Origin: Eledone cirrhosa
Taxonomy: Eukaryota
Direction: 5' to 3'
Assembly: GCA_964016885.1 (NCBI GenBank)
Contig: OZ024740.1
Location: 68,262,001 to 68,326,000 of the forward strand
DNA: 64,000 bases
The notes beneath the pieces are model-generated. The model saw nothing but the letters and a program-made list of their open reading frames with translations. It had not been told where the DNA came from and ran no database searches. Every line of letters starts with the position of its first letter. Within the stretch, counting starts at the first letter, position 1. The translations under genes and the position numbers were made by a program. Of the stretch, positions 31,597-48,347 are shown piece by piece.

Positions 31597-34500
31597 AACA
31601 AAACACCACCAAAAATACCATCATATATAACTAAAATAGAAAAAAAGATTGCTGACCTACGACAAAACATAGGACATGTGACAATGCTCCTTACATGCAA
31701 ACAAACACAAAAAAACCTCACTCCTCACCAACAAAGAGTGAAAAATAAAATAGAGACGATGTTTGGTAACAGTAGAACTAGAACTCTCCAATATAAGCTG
31801 ATCACCCTCAAACAAGAATTGAGAGCTGTTAGCGAAAAACGCCGATAGCTGAAGAAGATAGATGAGAGAAAAATGCTTAATAAAAGATTCAGACGAAACC
31901 AAACATCAGTCTATAGAGATATGAAGGGCAAAATAATAAGTGTCACTGATGCCCCATCCCAGAAAGACATAGATTCCTTTTGGAGAAAAATATGGGGTGA
32001 AAAGAAGAATTTCAACCAAGATGCAGTGTGGCTAAGAGAAATCCGAAAGAATTATTGCTCCTACACTACAACAAAAACATACGAAATAAGTGGGGGTATC
32101 CTTGAGACTGTGATAGGAAAACTCCAAGATAAGAAAACACCAGGAAGAGACATGATTGTCGGCTACTTGTACAAAAAAGTGATATTCTATCGGAGGTATC
32201 TTACCGACCTCTACCAACAAGTTCTTAAGGGAGATACATTTATACCAGAATGGTTAACATTAGCACAAAGGTTACTGGTCCCCAAGAACGAAGATACCCA
32301 CTTGACAAAAAACTACAGACCCATTGCATGCCAGAACCTGATGTATAAGATGTATACAGCCTGCCTGAACCTATTCAGAACCTAATAACATCATCACAGA
32401 TGAACAAGCAGCTGGAAAGAAAAGGGTTTGGGGATGTGCTGAACAACTCCTAATGAACAAAACTGTGATGTCGGAAGTGCGACAACTTAGGAGCAATATG
32501 ACTACAGTCTGGCTGGACTACAACAAAGCTTTCGATTCTGTTCCCCACTCTTGGATGATAGAGGCCCTCCAACTTGCTAAAGTCCCAGACATTATTGTCA
32601 GATCCATAGAGCGGCTGTCTTCTTCTTGGGCTACTATCCTAAGGTTAAAGACAGAGAGGGAGGACTCTATTTTCACTGATAAAATAAAATATTGCAGGGG
32701 TATATTTCAGGGGGACAGTGTCTCTGTGATATTGTTCATCTTGTCATTAAACCCCTTGTCCTTTCTGCTCAAGAAATGTGAGGGATACATCATTGGCTCA
32801 CAGGAGGACAGAAATACGAACCTAACCCATAACTTCTTTGTGGACGATCTGAAACTCTATGTCAAGAACATGGATGGGATGAAGAAAAATCTTGACCTGG
32901 TTACATCGTTCTCAAAGGATATAGGAATGGAGTTTGGCCAAGATAAATGCTCATACATGATTGTAAAGCGGGGAAAAACAACAACCCAATCTAGCAACAT
33001 TGTCATCAATGGTCTAACTGTTTCACCGATATCTGATGAGGACTGCTACAGATACCTGGGTATAGATGAGAACATATGCTATAATGGTATCTGTAATAAA
33101 GAACGCGTAACCAGGGAATACTACACCCGATTAAGAAAAATCTGGTCATCGAACTCTCTGCGCAAAACAAAACAGTGGCTCACAATGTGTTTGCTGTGCC
33201 TGTACTAACACCAACGTTTGAATACTCAATTGGATGATAGACGAAATCCGAGCATTTGATGTTGTAACACGAAAAATACTGAACAACACCGGAAACTTCC
33301 ACATCAACAGTGATATAAACCACCTTTACTTGAAACATAAGCTGGGAAGCAGAGGCCTAACATCAGTCCAGACAACATTTGAATGTCGCATCATATCTCT
33401 CCGACAACATCTACGAACCTCGAAGCGTAGGAGCCCGCTTCTCGGGCAAGTCTATCTGCATGAAACAGATAAGATCATGAAAGTTGGGAAGGAACTCCTT
33501 GAGAGATATTCCCTGTGTGATAATCAAAACCTCTCACCCAGGGATGTCGCTCAGCAGTATCGCAGTGAATCCATGGATGAAAAACTGCATGCCTATCAGC
33601 AAAAAATCATGCATTTATATGTTGCCAGGAAGCTCCAGAGTGAGAGTAATATAGATAAGGAAAGTAGTCTATCTTGGACCAACAACCGCTATATTGGCTC
33701 CCACCTTGAAGGATACGCTTTTGCAATCCAAGAACAGGAGATTAACACGAAATACCTAATTCACAAAAGATATTGGGATGCAGGCAAAACACCTAGATGT
33801 GATAACAAGTGCAGACTCTGCAGAACTAACATCGAGGATATCACCCATGACATCAGCAGCTGCCCAAAGATGTCATCGCGTTACTATCTACCTATGAGGC
33901 ATGATGTAGTGGCCAAAAGACTGTACAATGCAGTTCGTAAAAAAGATAGCCCCGACAATAAACACATTAAAAGCTACAACAATGTGGAAGACATCCATGT
34001 ACATAACATGAAAAGTACTGTTGGAATGTTCCAGTAAAAACCCCAATAAAATGCAGGCATAACAGACCAGAAATTATGACATGGGACAGGGAGAAGAAAA
34101 CATGTACAGTAGTGGAAATTAGCTGCCCAGCAGATGCCAATATAATATCAAAGATTAGTGAAAAGAAGAATATTTATGCAGAACTGATGAGAAATCTGCA
34201 GATACTCCACCCTGATTACACGTTCAGATTTATGCCTGTGTTTATTGGGGCACTGGGGTATGTTAGTAACTGCCTCAATACAAATCCTGAGAAGCTAGGC
34301 TTCACAGGAACAGAAAGAACACAACTAGTTAGGAAACTACAAGTACAATCCATTAATGGAACAGTAAACATAGGTAAAACATTCCAAAAATGTTGCATCT
34401 AATATCTGCATATACACATGTACAGATACAAAGCATATACACATGCATACATACAACTCAAAATATACACATCCACACATACAATAACATCCATATCTAC

Positions 34501-34630
34501 ACATGCATGCATACATACATATCTACCTAGTTGATGTTGTGTAAATTCCAATGAGAGAGTATTGCGTCTATGTTAGAAACCGACTCTCTCTCTACTGGTA
34601 AAACTTTGTGAAATTATAAAACCAGAAGAA
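31597..34630 (+). mobile_element. RLE-type (R4/NeSL-like) non-LTR retrotransposon family C, 5'-truncated and frameshifted
   Basis: FWRKIW, TPGRD, NYRPIAC, LDYNKAFDSVPH, GIFQGDS, FFVDDLKLY, YRYLG, CRLC..EDITH..SSC, HNRP, VEISCP and P.FIGALG. Flanked by CATA-rich repeats. Confidence 0.9.
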
Positions 34631-34649
34631 CATACATTCAACAGCAACA

Positions 34650-36640
34650 TGAAATTGAGTTCAACAAAAGGTGTCTAACAGCAAATTCCCAGGCACTGGC
34701 TTAATATGAAATTACTGGCCGGGAAATTTCACATTTTATTGTTAATATCTAATACTCAGCTGCGGAGAAAGTATCAAGGGTAACCAAGAACTGCTCCAAT
34801 TTTTATCAAATGTCACTGCTCTCCTCATTTCCCAAAATAAGTAAGCTAACCTGGCTTAAAATTACCGCCGAATAGCCTGTAAGAATGTCAAGTACCAATT
34901 ATACACTGGATGCCTCAATCTGTGTTTACAGCATCATTATAACATTTGATCAAGCTGTGGGAAAGGATGTGTGAGGGTGCATAGAGCAGCTTCTAATTAA
35001 TATAATAATCCAAGAAAATCAGTAAACATCATCAGTAACTAGATTGCAGTGTAGCTGGACTGAGAGATGGCTTTTGATAGTATACCACATGGATGGATTA
35101 CCAAGGATTTACAGTTAGCCAAAGCCAAGTAAGCACTAGTAGTTGTTATCGAATGCCTGACCAAGGCGTGTTACAACACATTGATCCTTAGCGATAACAA
35201 ATTGAGTTGATAGCCTTCATTACCAAAAAGGTTTATTTCTGTGTGATAGCTTGCCAGAGTTCCTTTTCCTCCCTCTATCACACTGTTCAAAACACATAAT
35301 GGCCATACAAATGGATCCAGAAATATCTCCAAACTTTTCTTTGTCGACGACTTGAAATTGTATAGGCCAAATACCAATCTCATAAAAAATACAATTGGAA
35401 ACCATTACTCAATTTTCTACAGTTACTTGGTGAGTCCAAATGTGTAGTTTTGAGAATAACACGTGGAAACGTTGTGCCCTCCTAAGAAACCTACAAATGA
35501 ACCGATTGATGATGAAATAGCTACTGTATGGTAAAAAATAGACATATTAGATATGATGCGAATGTCAATTATGATGGACCCAGAAATAATGAAGGGTCCA
35601 GGAATGAAGACCTTAGAAGTGTATAGAGAATATGATCATTGATGAGGATATGGATAGGCTATATTCCTTCCGCAAGTATGCTAGCCGCGGCCTTAATTAA
35701 CAACGTACGAGATTGATATTAATATTTAATCGACATCTTCAACAGAAGGAAAGGGTCGGAAACCAGCTTGCTCAGTCTGAAAATATGGATATTGTTAGGA
35801 TAGCGACTTATCTAGAAGACAGACACGAGATAAAACCTAGTTTAAATATCTCTTCCTGGAACATTGGGAGTTTCTACAGCTCGAACAAAATTAAAAACAA
35901 CCTGGACCAATTCACTGCGAAGGTTGTATATAGGTACTTGAGACGAGTAACACAGACCACAGAGGGGATAGATCATACTAAAAGCCTGGTATTGTATTCC
36001 TACAACTTCATAACATCACATATTGAAGGATAACTCCATTAAATCCAGGATAAACAAATCCACACAAAGTACCTCTTGCACAAAGGAGGAAGGTTATCAT
36101 TTGATAATAAAGCTATGAATAACAAAGGTTACATATGGCAATGACCTTATTGCCAACCGTGAAAGTATGTTTTCTCGTTACTACCTCCCAATGAGACATG
36201 TTGTGATAGCCAAAGCGATCTAAAATGCATTACTGAGTACGAAATAAAAGCAAATATAGAATGTGTTGAGAATTGAGGAGTGAAAGTTATACTGGTGGAA
36301 TCTAAAAATAAAAACTGCCACCAAATTAAAGCACAACCAGCCTGGTATTGTTACGTGGGATGACAGGTGCAAACCATGCTCCGTTGGAGATATCAGCTGC
36401 AAACTTGATGTCAATGTTGTCAGAAAAATGCAGAAGAATATCAACAAACCATTGCTGATGACTTTGTAGATCCAGTATCCAAGGTTATTCTTCATACATC
36501 AAATCACCTGGACCAAATTAGAACTGAATTTGGATTTGTGGTAAAAAGAAAACCGACGCTTCTTAATCCATAAGCTACAACTGATGTTTGTATCTGGAAC
36601 CTTCAAACTCTGTAAAACATTCTTACGATTCAAAGGATGG
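34650..36640 (+). mobile_element. Older, heavily decayed relative of family C
   Basis: Readable remnants NYRRIAC (~34860), AFDSIPHGW (~35070), LFFVDDLKLY (~35335) and KHNQPGIVTWD (~36330). Confidence 0.7.
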
Positions 36641-37464
36641 ACGACAGTGACGGCGACAAAATCATTTCTTCAGAACATTGCTAACGGGAAGGTGGACTAT
36701 CAAATATATACTCAAAATTAAGAGAAAGCGAGAACATACATATATTCACACCTGTAATATGTGAACGCTTTTGTAGTAACACATTGAGAAACGTCGCTTC
36801 ACAAAATACAGAAAGAATACAGGCAAGAACTAATGTATAGCTAACAGTCATTAATGGAATTACGAAAATATGACATGCATTCAAAATGTTTAGCATGTAA
36901 TAGGTGCATATATACAAGAGCAGAGAGACAGCCATGTGGTTATGAAAACATACGTAAGTTAATACTCCCAAATCCATACATGCTTTTACATGTATGCTCG
37001 CATACATACATATGTGTACGCATAAACACATGCATATAAACACACATGTATATAAACACACATGTATACATACACACATACACATATACACCAATACACA
37101 CATACACACTCGTATGCATATATCATTACTACATAAATAGGCATACAAATACACAGGTACAGAATCAAATACACACAGATGTTTGAGATTATATACATCA
37201 GGATTTTCATATGAAAATTATAAACAATTTATTTAGTTGAAATTTATGTTTAAAACACAATTTGGTGTTGAATTTATCGATGCAACAAGTTGTACATATA
37301 CATAATATATAAATAATATTACAAATAAATTAGCTATTTGTCATTGGGTTCTCTATTATTGCGACTATGAATACTAAAGAGAAGGTATTAAATATTGTCC
37401 AATAATACAAACAATGTTTTATATGGATGCATCGCGAATGCAATAAGGTTTTTATTTTTACATA

Positions 37465-38360
<896 letters not shown>

Positions 38361-38524
38361 TATATGCATAAAAGGTAAGCAAGGTCTAGACTCAAACCAA
38401 TACCTGGGGTATTATTTAACATGTAAACATGAATGAATATATATATATATACAGACACACACACACATTCACAGACAAACACACACGCACCCACCCACAC
38501 ACACATATATATATACTATATGGA

Positions 38525-39770
38525 AATTAGTTTGTGTACCTTTGGAGGTCTAAACAGAATCTGACTCCAAACAATTTAATGCCCGTCCTGTGGCACATGC
38601 CCTTGTAGTACGTCATGGACTTGCCTTTTCGGGTGTCGAGCTGCAGGCATTTCGAGGATTCCTTGTTATTTTTTGCTTTTGTTATTATTTCGTATTCGAG
38701 CACCAACGACAAGCACCACATTTTTTGTTAAGATCTTGGCCAACATTTTAAACTCTGCGTTGAGCTGCGTTAAGGGCCTGGAATTATCTATATAGTCCAC
38801 TTTGTGGCGCTCCTTTCTCAGCAGTGTCACCGCCCCTTGATTCACATTACTGGGCATTTTCACGTTGTGCTGCCACTTGACGTTGATGCCCGCTATGATG
38901 TCACCTAACAAATCTTGAGTGCTTGTGTAAAATTGTTAGGGTGGACTATTTAATCCGGGCAAGTTGCCGCTTGTGCAGTTAGACATTGCATACCATATTT
39001 CATCGTCTGTTATAGGCTTTTTGGAACACTCCGGCTCCCGCACCGAGAACTGTGGTATGACAATGATGTGGGAACAGAAATCCATCCATCGATTCGACGC
39101 ATCACTGCTCGCGTAAAATGTCAGCAAAAAAAAAAAAACCGCAAACTTCTGCATTTGGCTTGGGATCGAGTGCTATGCTTCCGTTTCATTCAGATTCCAG
39201 TAACTGCGCTCTGCTGCCAGTTGCAGTAGACATCCACCAAGAGGTCACCATACAACTCTGACATGATAAAATAAAGCTTGCAGGGCAGAAGCGCGTCCGT
39301 GCGTATGAGGCTATATAGATCTACCACACAAAGTACAAATTTGTGGTGTCTGTTGTCGACTATATTAAAATGTGGACAGACTATGCTATACCTGTCTACT
39401 TACATTCAGAATACCCTATCTAGTTACAATCTGGATGATTCAATGCGGTTAGTCTATGTGCACATGTGTATTCGGGAAATACAGTCGGTACTTGTCAGAC
39501 AGATGGAAGCGTCTGACCAGGTTTGCAAGGCTTTCCCCACACTCTTACCCTATCCGCTAATCTCATGCAGTCCCGGTGTTCATCTAAGATACCATTCCAG
39601 CTGGCTATTAACACTAAAAATCGGAACTTTCCTGGAAAGTCTTCCAGGCACCTGAAGAAATGAGTTCGTCCTTCCCCTCTCGGAGGGGAACATAGACGGC
39701 GACTAGCCCGAAGACGTGCCCCTCGCTACTGGTTACGTTCAACACTACCGACTTAACTTCCGGCTATGAT
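38525..39770 (-). mobile_element. Decayed Tx1/L1-like ORF2 fragment related to the 8476-14651 family
   Basis: GAVTLLRK..IDNSRPLTQLNAEFKMLAKIL and CTSGNLPGLN mirror the intact copy; APE-like remnants lie upstream. Confidence 0.8.
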
Positions 39771-40249
39771 ATGTTTTATACTTTTACGTAATATTTACGT
39801 AATATTTGTAATTTCAAGTAGTTTGGAGCCTAATAGTTTACTGATTCATGTTACGTTTATATTTTCAAGTTATCTATGTTTGCTTTACCCTAGTTTAGTT
39901 TGATATCCGCCTTTACTGCTTATTTATTTAGTCGCTTATTGGATAAGCACTGGAATTCACTCCGTTGGTTAATGCTTTGGTTAAGAAGGATGGGGTTTGA
40001 ATGAGGCTAACGGATGAATGGAAGGCTTTCAATTTGTTAAGTAGTGTACCGTTTTAGATTACGTTAAGCAGTGTTGCCGGGGATTAAGTTTGTTCTGTGC
40101 GGCTTCTTATCATTGAGTTTATAATTTATATCGGTGGATATGGCGGACACAATCAATCCTTATTTACTCTACATATCTGTTCTTATTATATGGAAACCAC
40201 GTAATATAATGACATGTGCCAAATAATGTTTGTCTTTTGTATAAACTTG

Positions 40250-41950
40250 GAGCAACCTCTCATGTCTCACATTTTCAATATTGCGTTTATCACTCCCAAT
40301 CCCAATTGATTAGTTGCCTTTCCACAGATACAGGCCACCCAAGACACGCTTTTCTATTTAAAGCTTTTCACATCTGGAGCCGAATTACATCCTCCCCCCC
40401 CCCCCCCCCATAGGCTTTGCTACACTCGAGCAATTTAATTTCTCTTGTGACCTCAAACTCAGAGAGGTTAGTGGTCGTTCCAAACTGCTGCTCGTTTACA
40501 TTAGAAGTTATTTTACCGGGTTTAGGATGTCAGCAATGCATTCTCTCCACCCAACGAGGATGCAATGCTCCGATGAGAGGAGAATCCCCGACCCGTTCCT
40601 AATAGCAGGTTTAGCGGAGGAATTCTTATTACGAAGTCGGCGTATAATCTTCCAAAATACTTTATTTGTGGATCTGAAGTCGGATTCAAGCTGAAATCCA
40701 ATGTCTTTCAATACCTAAAATTTGGACGCGTTTATTGTCGGTGATGCATCTTTTCGGGTCTACTTGTACCGCAAGTGCAAGAAGGAGGGCTTATTTCGAA
40801 GCCATTTTTTGTAAGATTCCTTCCTTGCTCGAATGGATTATGTGACCACTTGATTAAACCGAGTTGTCTTCGTGCCACTTAGTACCAACACAATTTCGAC
40901 CGCAGAACTTAGAAGAAACGGCTATGCTGAATAATCTCCACTCCGTGTCAACTTCCTGAGGTTGCTCAAGGTGGTCTCTGAATTTAGATGCAGTAATATC
41001 TGCATAACTGCTCCTGACTTCCTTATCCACCACAGCTTAACACTTTAACTTGTAGATTGAGTTTGATCTGCTAGTTTGGGTGATTTCTTGGCTTTAGGCA
41101 CTCTCAGGTTACAGAAAACTAGATATTGATAAGTTGACAGCTCACTCCCAGTCTTAACTCGAACAGCTACTACATAATTGAAAAGATCAGAGTCATTAAC
41201 AAAATACATTTTTAATCTGTGTTCTAGATTCCCCCTATGACATGTGTATTTATGAATGTCTTTGTGCCGGAAGAAAGTGTTCATAATATAGAACCTATTA
41301 CTAGAAAAGAAGTATTTAGATCGAGTTCGCCTTTTCTGCCAATCATTCCTTTCCATGATAGGTAGTCAGTGCCATCATATGCACTGATGTCTCCTAACGT
41401 TGCAGTAACTTCATCACAAAAGGACCTGAATTCAGACTCTTATTTTGGCGCATAAACGTGTACCCACACAGAGACCTAAGCTTCATGATGCAAATACACA
41501 TTGAACCTTAGATTCAAGAGGCAAATCCCCCCGCCCATTAGGATCCACTTCATAACGCATTTTACAGCCGGGAGTGTTGTGATTATCTCCATTCCCGCAT
41601 GTGTATTCACTTCTAAAGCCACACCTGAATAGTGGAGTTTCCATCCTCCATCGAAATATATAGATCTAGAGCAAGGGAGCTAGATCACGAAAGCTTCACT
41701 ACATCTAAGCGGTAACACGTGGCCTCCTACACCTGTTCTTACTCCTTACCCGTAAGGATTGTAGTCTTCCATTTACCAATCGTCAAGGTTTGCGCCTTTA
41801 TGGACCATCCTTGGGGTCTTAGCATACATAATATTTGTTTGTCTGCCCCACACCTCCGAGGGAGGTTGTATGCTCAGTGTCGTTGTAGTGTTGGATGGAG
41901 ACTACAACATCATTTTTAAACAGACCACTCTAGACCTGACCTCGTCCCGT
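40250..41950 (-). mobile_element. Decayed RTE-clade (Rex3/Expander-like) LINE fragment, APE and linker region
   Basis: IMNTFFRHKDIHKYT, VRVKTGSELST..LV and LESDFRSTNKVFWKIIRRLR..WRE..DILN. Confidence 0.7.
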
Positions 41951-42346
41951 TTATCCAACGATAATCATAATGGTGTATGACACCATTTATTGTTTCTACA
42001 TATTGCAGCGTTTTGTTTCGGTTTATTCACACCAGTCACCAATTTGATGGTATTCTTAGACCCTAAAAATATAGGCCATTTTAGAAACGGCCTTTATTCG
42101 GCTAGTCGTAGCTACATCACTAGGTTGTGAGAGTTTTCTTGGGACCTCAAGGTTTCACCCATTCATCCCTCTACCTTCATAGTTCTTCTGGAGTTGCTTA
42201 TTCGTCTGCCATGAGCCCGCCTATAATTCAACCAACCAACATGTATGTTGGCCGTATCGCTATCCACCACTTGCGAACCGTTTTCTAGCAGAACACCTCT
42301 ACGGAGAACTTTTTATATATTTATGTGTGTGTGCATGTGTGTGTGT

Positions 42347-42423
<77 letters not shown>

Positions 42424-42562
42424 TGTGTAAGTCTGTAAATGTGCGTGTGAGTGCGTGTGTCTGTGTATAATATAAGATGATGTTGAATTAAAACAGTTGT
42501 AATTACAGGAGTGTATGTAAATAGAGAATGAGCTGCTACATAATAAGAAGGTGCTTCCGATG

Positions 42563-42594
<32 letters not shown>

Positions 42595-45021
42595 TTACAA
42601 CTCTTTCTTTTATGTACAGATATGTATTCATATTAGTCATTTTCAAAATGGATGTTCATTGTGAATTGTTTCTTTAATTCTGTACTAGATTCAACAATGT
42701 ATAATCTAATAATAGACTTACATTTAATACATTCACTGCGGCTGCTTGTCATTACGCCTGTTATTAATTATCTAGCGTACATTGATGGAGTTTAACGTAG
42801 TATATTTTAGCTTCCGTTCAACATTGTAATCATTGTCATATTTATAATTTGAAGCTAATTATCAAAGAAATCAAAAGTAATAAATAACTGAAAATTGATG
42901 GCACTCTCGTTAAATGTATAACTAATTTTAACTAATATTGTCAGTTTCCTTCTCGTTAGATTTCTAATGAAGATAAATTGTTCTACATATTCAAATAAAT
43001 AGAATAAATCTACATTTTATTGGTATAACTCAGCTGTTTCAATGGGTCTTACAGGCTAACACATGGCCTATTTAACGTTAGGAATAATATTTTTAAAAAA
43101 AACAGGTAAAAATAGTCATATGTTAAAGAAATATTAGACAGGGGCTAATAATGTTTCAATTATTTCACTAAGTACGAGGGAAAGTTTTGAACACATTCGA
43201 TCATATTATGTCCTCATCAGCGAAGGACAAGCTCCACTGTACCTGATGACGTATTGATGAGAGAATCACGAGAGGAATACAATAACATGAACGCATTCTG
43301 CATTAAAAAATAACTTTTGTTAAATTAATGTTAGCCTATTTCTTTAGAATTAAAATGACAAATAGTTTTAGTTGTTAAACGCACTTCCACCGCCTACATT
43401 TTTATATGAATTAGAGGAGTGAGCACAAATTGCAACCTAATAGAGTAAAACATAAAAATACTATAAAAACCAATAACACCTTAACGTGTGAGAAGTATGG
43501 GAGCAGTATGCAAGGAAGGTATTATTTATATAATTTACTGAAAAAGTATCTTCAAAACTTCATCTAAACGTGCTCAATAATTATCAGTTGGAATATCAGT
43601 ACCGGCGAGGTAAATTCCCTTGGTTTCAGGAGCAAAAGCACACTCGTTATAGTTTTCAATCATGCAGAAAGGCAGAGAGAAACAGTAACATGCAGAGATA
43701 TGAAGGCTGATTAAACATCAGATTTGGAAAATGTTGTTTACTGTATTTATTATTTGTAAGTATAAACTGGAAAATGAAAAAAAAAAAAAAATACGAGGAT
43801 CACATGTTTATTATTGTTGGTAGCAGGCGTAATTTCAATTCAACTTGCATCAATTTGTAATGGAAACGATCGAGTAAAAGAGTAAGATTATTACTTGTTA
43901 CTAGAAATAGCAGCAAATATTCCTCAAATTAAAGCCTATGATTCCAAACTGAACGCAAGGACACATTTTTATGTTAATGTAAATGTATTGGCTGATAAAA
44001 ATCGATTGTTGCGGATGGAATTCCTTTGATCATAGATCTGCTTTAAAAGTGCTAACATAATAAGGAAAAAAGGAACCTCATAGCGTACAACCACACCAAC
44101 TACAGTCATGTTTATTTTTGTTTTCTGATAAACAAAGAGAAAAATATTTATATGTTAGAATGAGAATATCACTTTTCGTGGAACTTCCATATTACAGTAT
44201 CTCCATTTATAGATCCGCGGTATCCACATGTCATGCTTGTCCTTAAATCTGCACCAGGAAAATATCTCTACAAAGCACAGGCATGAGAAATGCTTTTGTC
44301 TTTTTTCATAGAAGCCCGGCAGTTACCTATGATGGAAATAATTCATCCTTTATGCAACTGTTGTAGTCGATGGGAACATCAAATACTCATATGCTTGTCA
44401 TTAATAATGTCGCAAACAAACGTAAAAGGCAACATACCAGAGTAACTCCGCAAGACATCACAAGTGACGTTGTAAGATTTCAGCTAATCCAGAGCCCTGT
44501 AATTTATTTTTCAACCATAAAAGTTGACTTCTTCGGGATTTGAATTTGAAAACAGTGCCCAGAGCGTCGAGACAAATACTAATAGGCTTTTAATCCGATA
44601 TTATGAAGATTCCATCTATTCTCCTCCTTACACTTTGTTTATAACATAAAGATCAGCAGATATCTTCAATTTAGATGTGTCGGAAATTCAAATATCTCCA
44701 TTTGAGAAAGATAAAAGTATTTGACACAAACATCCTCTTAATTTCGTGATTGAATGTTATTTTTCAGCAAATACATCGGATATGATGTTTGGCAGAGTAT
44801 GCCAAACAGAGAATGCCTAAATAATTAATATGTATTGGTGGACTATCAAGTTATGTTTCTGATAACGAATTGAAATTCATCCAAAATGTGAGATATCGAG
44901 ATACAGGGTAATTCTCTTAAAACACACGGACACATTGACCTCCACATACATACAGGTCCACAGACACGTACACAAACATGCATACCTACACATATACACA
45001 CATACGCAAACACACACACAC

Positions 45022-45201
<180 letters not shown>

Positions 45202-45794
45202 CATATATGCATACTTATATCCATCCATTCATTCACTTATCTACCCATTGATCTATGCATATAGAGAGAAATATATATATTATGTGAGATAGAGTCGGGA
45301 AAATGCTTTTTTATGGAGGATTCAATTTGAGTTTGTTGACTGTATACCAATTTATATGATGTTACCTTACATGTGTATATTTTCGAGGATATATGTTGTT
45401 ATACTTAGTCGTATATATGAGAGATTCTAGGCAGAAAGCAATAACACTATATTTAATTGTGTATAGATATTGACGTATTGTAAAGTGACATTGGGTTTTA
45501 TAGAAGTATACGAATATTTAAAGAAGAAAATGTGCTATTTTTGAGAGATAAAATATTGTTTAAAATGTTTAAAGTGTGAAGGTTGTTTTTCTAGGAATTT
45601 TAAGGACGCCCCTTTTAATTATACAATTCTCGATATATATCACATTGGACACAACATAGTCAAATCTTTAACCAGATTGAATTGCAATCGATATTTTACG
45701 ATGTCGTTCCCGTTGTTGAACGACTTAAGCATTTGACATATCGAAAGTCGAATGGCATATACACACATATCCAATATATACACATACACACGCT

Positions 45795-46105
45795 GTTGGT
45801 GGATGGGTGCTACACGAGAATGTTGAGGATGGCTTTGAATATAATCAGTATACACCGAGGATGGAGACCTCAGAGCTCTACGGGAGCCTCCCAAAAGTCA
45901 GCTCGAAAGTAACACAGAGGAGACTGAGGTTAGCTGGACATGCTCACCGACATTCAGAGTTGACACTACACTCAGTGTTCCTGTGGATGCCCTACACGGA
46001 GACACTAGAAGAGGGAGACGGAGATTGACATGTTGGAGATGCAGGACATGGCAGCGATGATGAAGGACAGAGACCGCTGGAGAGAACTTGTCCATAGATC
46101 TCCTG
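45795..46105 (+). mobile_element. RTE-like LINE 3' fragment
   Basis: DGCYTRMLRMALN, ELYGSLPKVS..RRLRLAGH and M.DRDRWR. Confidence 0.7.
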
Positions 46106-46118
46106 AATTTTACCCGCC

Positions 46119-46188
<70 letters not shown>

Positions 46189-46572
46189 GTATAGATATAG
46201 ATATATGACAAAGAAAAAGAGACAGACAACATGTGGTTTGAATATAGGATAAAATAAAATATATCCTATGTGCATAATACTGCAAGGAACTATGTCTATG
46301 TAGAGCATGGCAAACGTAATTTCTCATGTTGGTCTCAGGCTTCTAGTTATGCATACACACACATTCATCCATATATATATGTAGCATATGTGTACCTTTA
46401 TTCATGTAACTCGTCGAAAGACACAACTTGTTTTGTGACTCGCTGGTATTCTCTGAGCAAGTGTGTACTTGAATGAATTGTATAACCATAATGCACCAAA
46501 ACTATAACAATATCCCGAAATTGGCTGTCGGTTATTGTGTTGACTTTCCCTTATCTCTGCCTTGTGCAACCC

Positions 46573-46904
<332 letters not shown>

Positions 46905-47504
46905 GAGAGAAATAGAAAGAAAATCAGAGGCATTGAGAAAGCGTGGGGGAAGAGATACGCTTATGGGAAGAGTTGGGAAGGGAATGGAAAAGCTGGATTC
47001 ATAGATAAACTAAATACTTGGATATATAAACTTCAGGGTAAAACAACGCCGCACACATCACCAAACACAAACACATAAAATACACTACACATCACATACA
47101 CAAACATCCAGAAACACAAAATACAAACACGAGCACATGAACACGTACCCCCGCATGCACATATGTACGCGCACACTCAGGCCTATCACATTTAATCTAA
47201 ATAGACTCGTAATCATATAAACGTCATTACACTCGCTAGCCCGCTCTCTTTAGGGATTGCAGCTGATATCGCCAGTATTATATTGACTCTTAATACATTC
47301 CAAATTCTTTATTTCATTATTTAGTCAGAGGCAAATTATTTGATGCTAGGCATTTTCCAATTGCGGATTTAAACGAGCATCTGCGTATAGTTGTTTGAGC
47401 GCTCATTTCTTGTTCTGTATGAGAGCAAACCGGAAATGAAAGCACTGATATAAACTTTTCAACGAACACCGCCATATATTTCGTTGTTACATATCAATAT
47501 ATAT

Positions 47505-47558
<54 letters not shown>

Positions 47559-47648
47559 GTATATATATATAAAAATAAATATATATATACATATACATAC
47601 ATTTATGTATATGTATATATAAATAAATACATATATACATATACATAC

Positions 47649-47735
<87 letters not shown>

Positions 47736-48245
47736 CATATATCACTATCTGTGAACCGTGTGTTTAATTATATATAAATGAACGTGTGGTGTGTGTTTGT
47801 GAGTTTATTTCTGTGTATTTCTAGAGCATGCGTCTAATTATACATGTGTATGTGTGTGCATATGGTGTATACTTGCGTATAAGTGGTGTATGTGCTTCTT
47901 CATTATGTGCATTTAATTACACATATCTAGACGTGTGTGATATTAATTCTATGTCTCTTTTGTGTATTTCGAGAATGTGACTCAAGTTATGAATAAATGT
48001 ACGTGGCCATATATATGGCTGTGTGTTAAGTTTATTTCTAGTGTCTTTGTCTAATGTTATTACAAATATGTGTATCTCTGAGTATGTTTGGATTGATACA
48101 TATGCATGTATGTATGTATGTATGTAAGATACAAATATGTGTATCTCTGAGTATGTATGTATTAATACATATGTATGTATGTATGGAAGTATGTATGTAT
48201 ATATGCATGTATGTATATATGCATGTATGTAGGTGTGTGTGTATG

Positions 48246-48347
<102 letters not shown>

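Noticed and set aside
43190-43250. CTGATGA hammerhead-like cores here and at ~19721, ~62625 and ~63220, plus a GAAACAATTGTA half at ~52971
   Set aside because: GAAA or the stems could not be completed; possibly decayed but unsupported.
48061-48198. ~69-bp direct duplication
   Set aside because: Slippage within TATG-rich microsatellite sequence.
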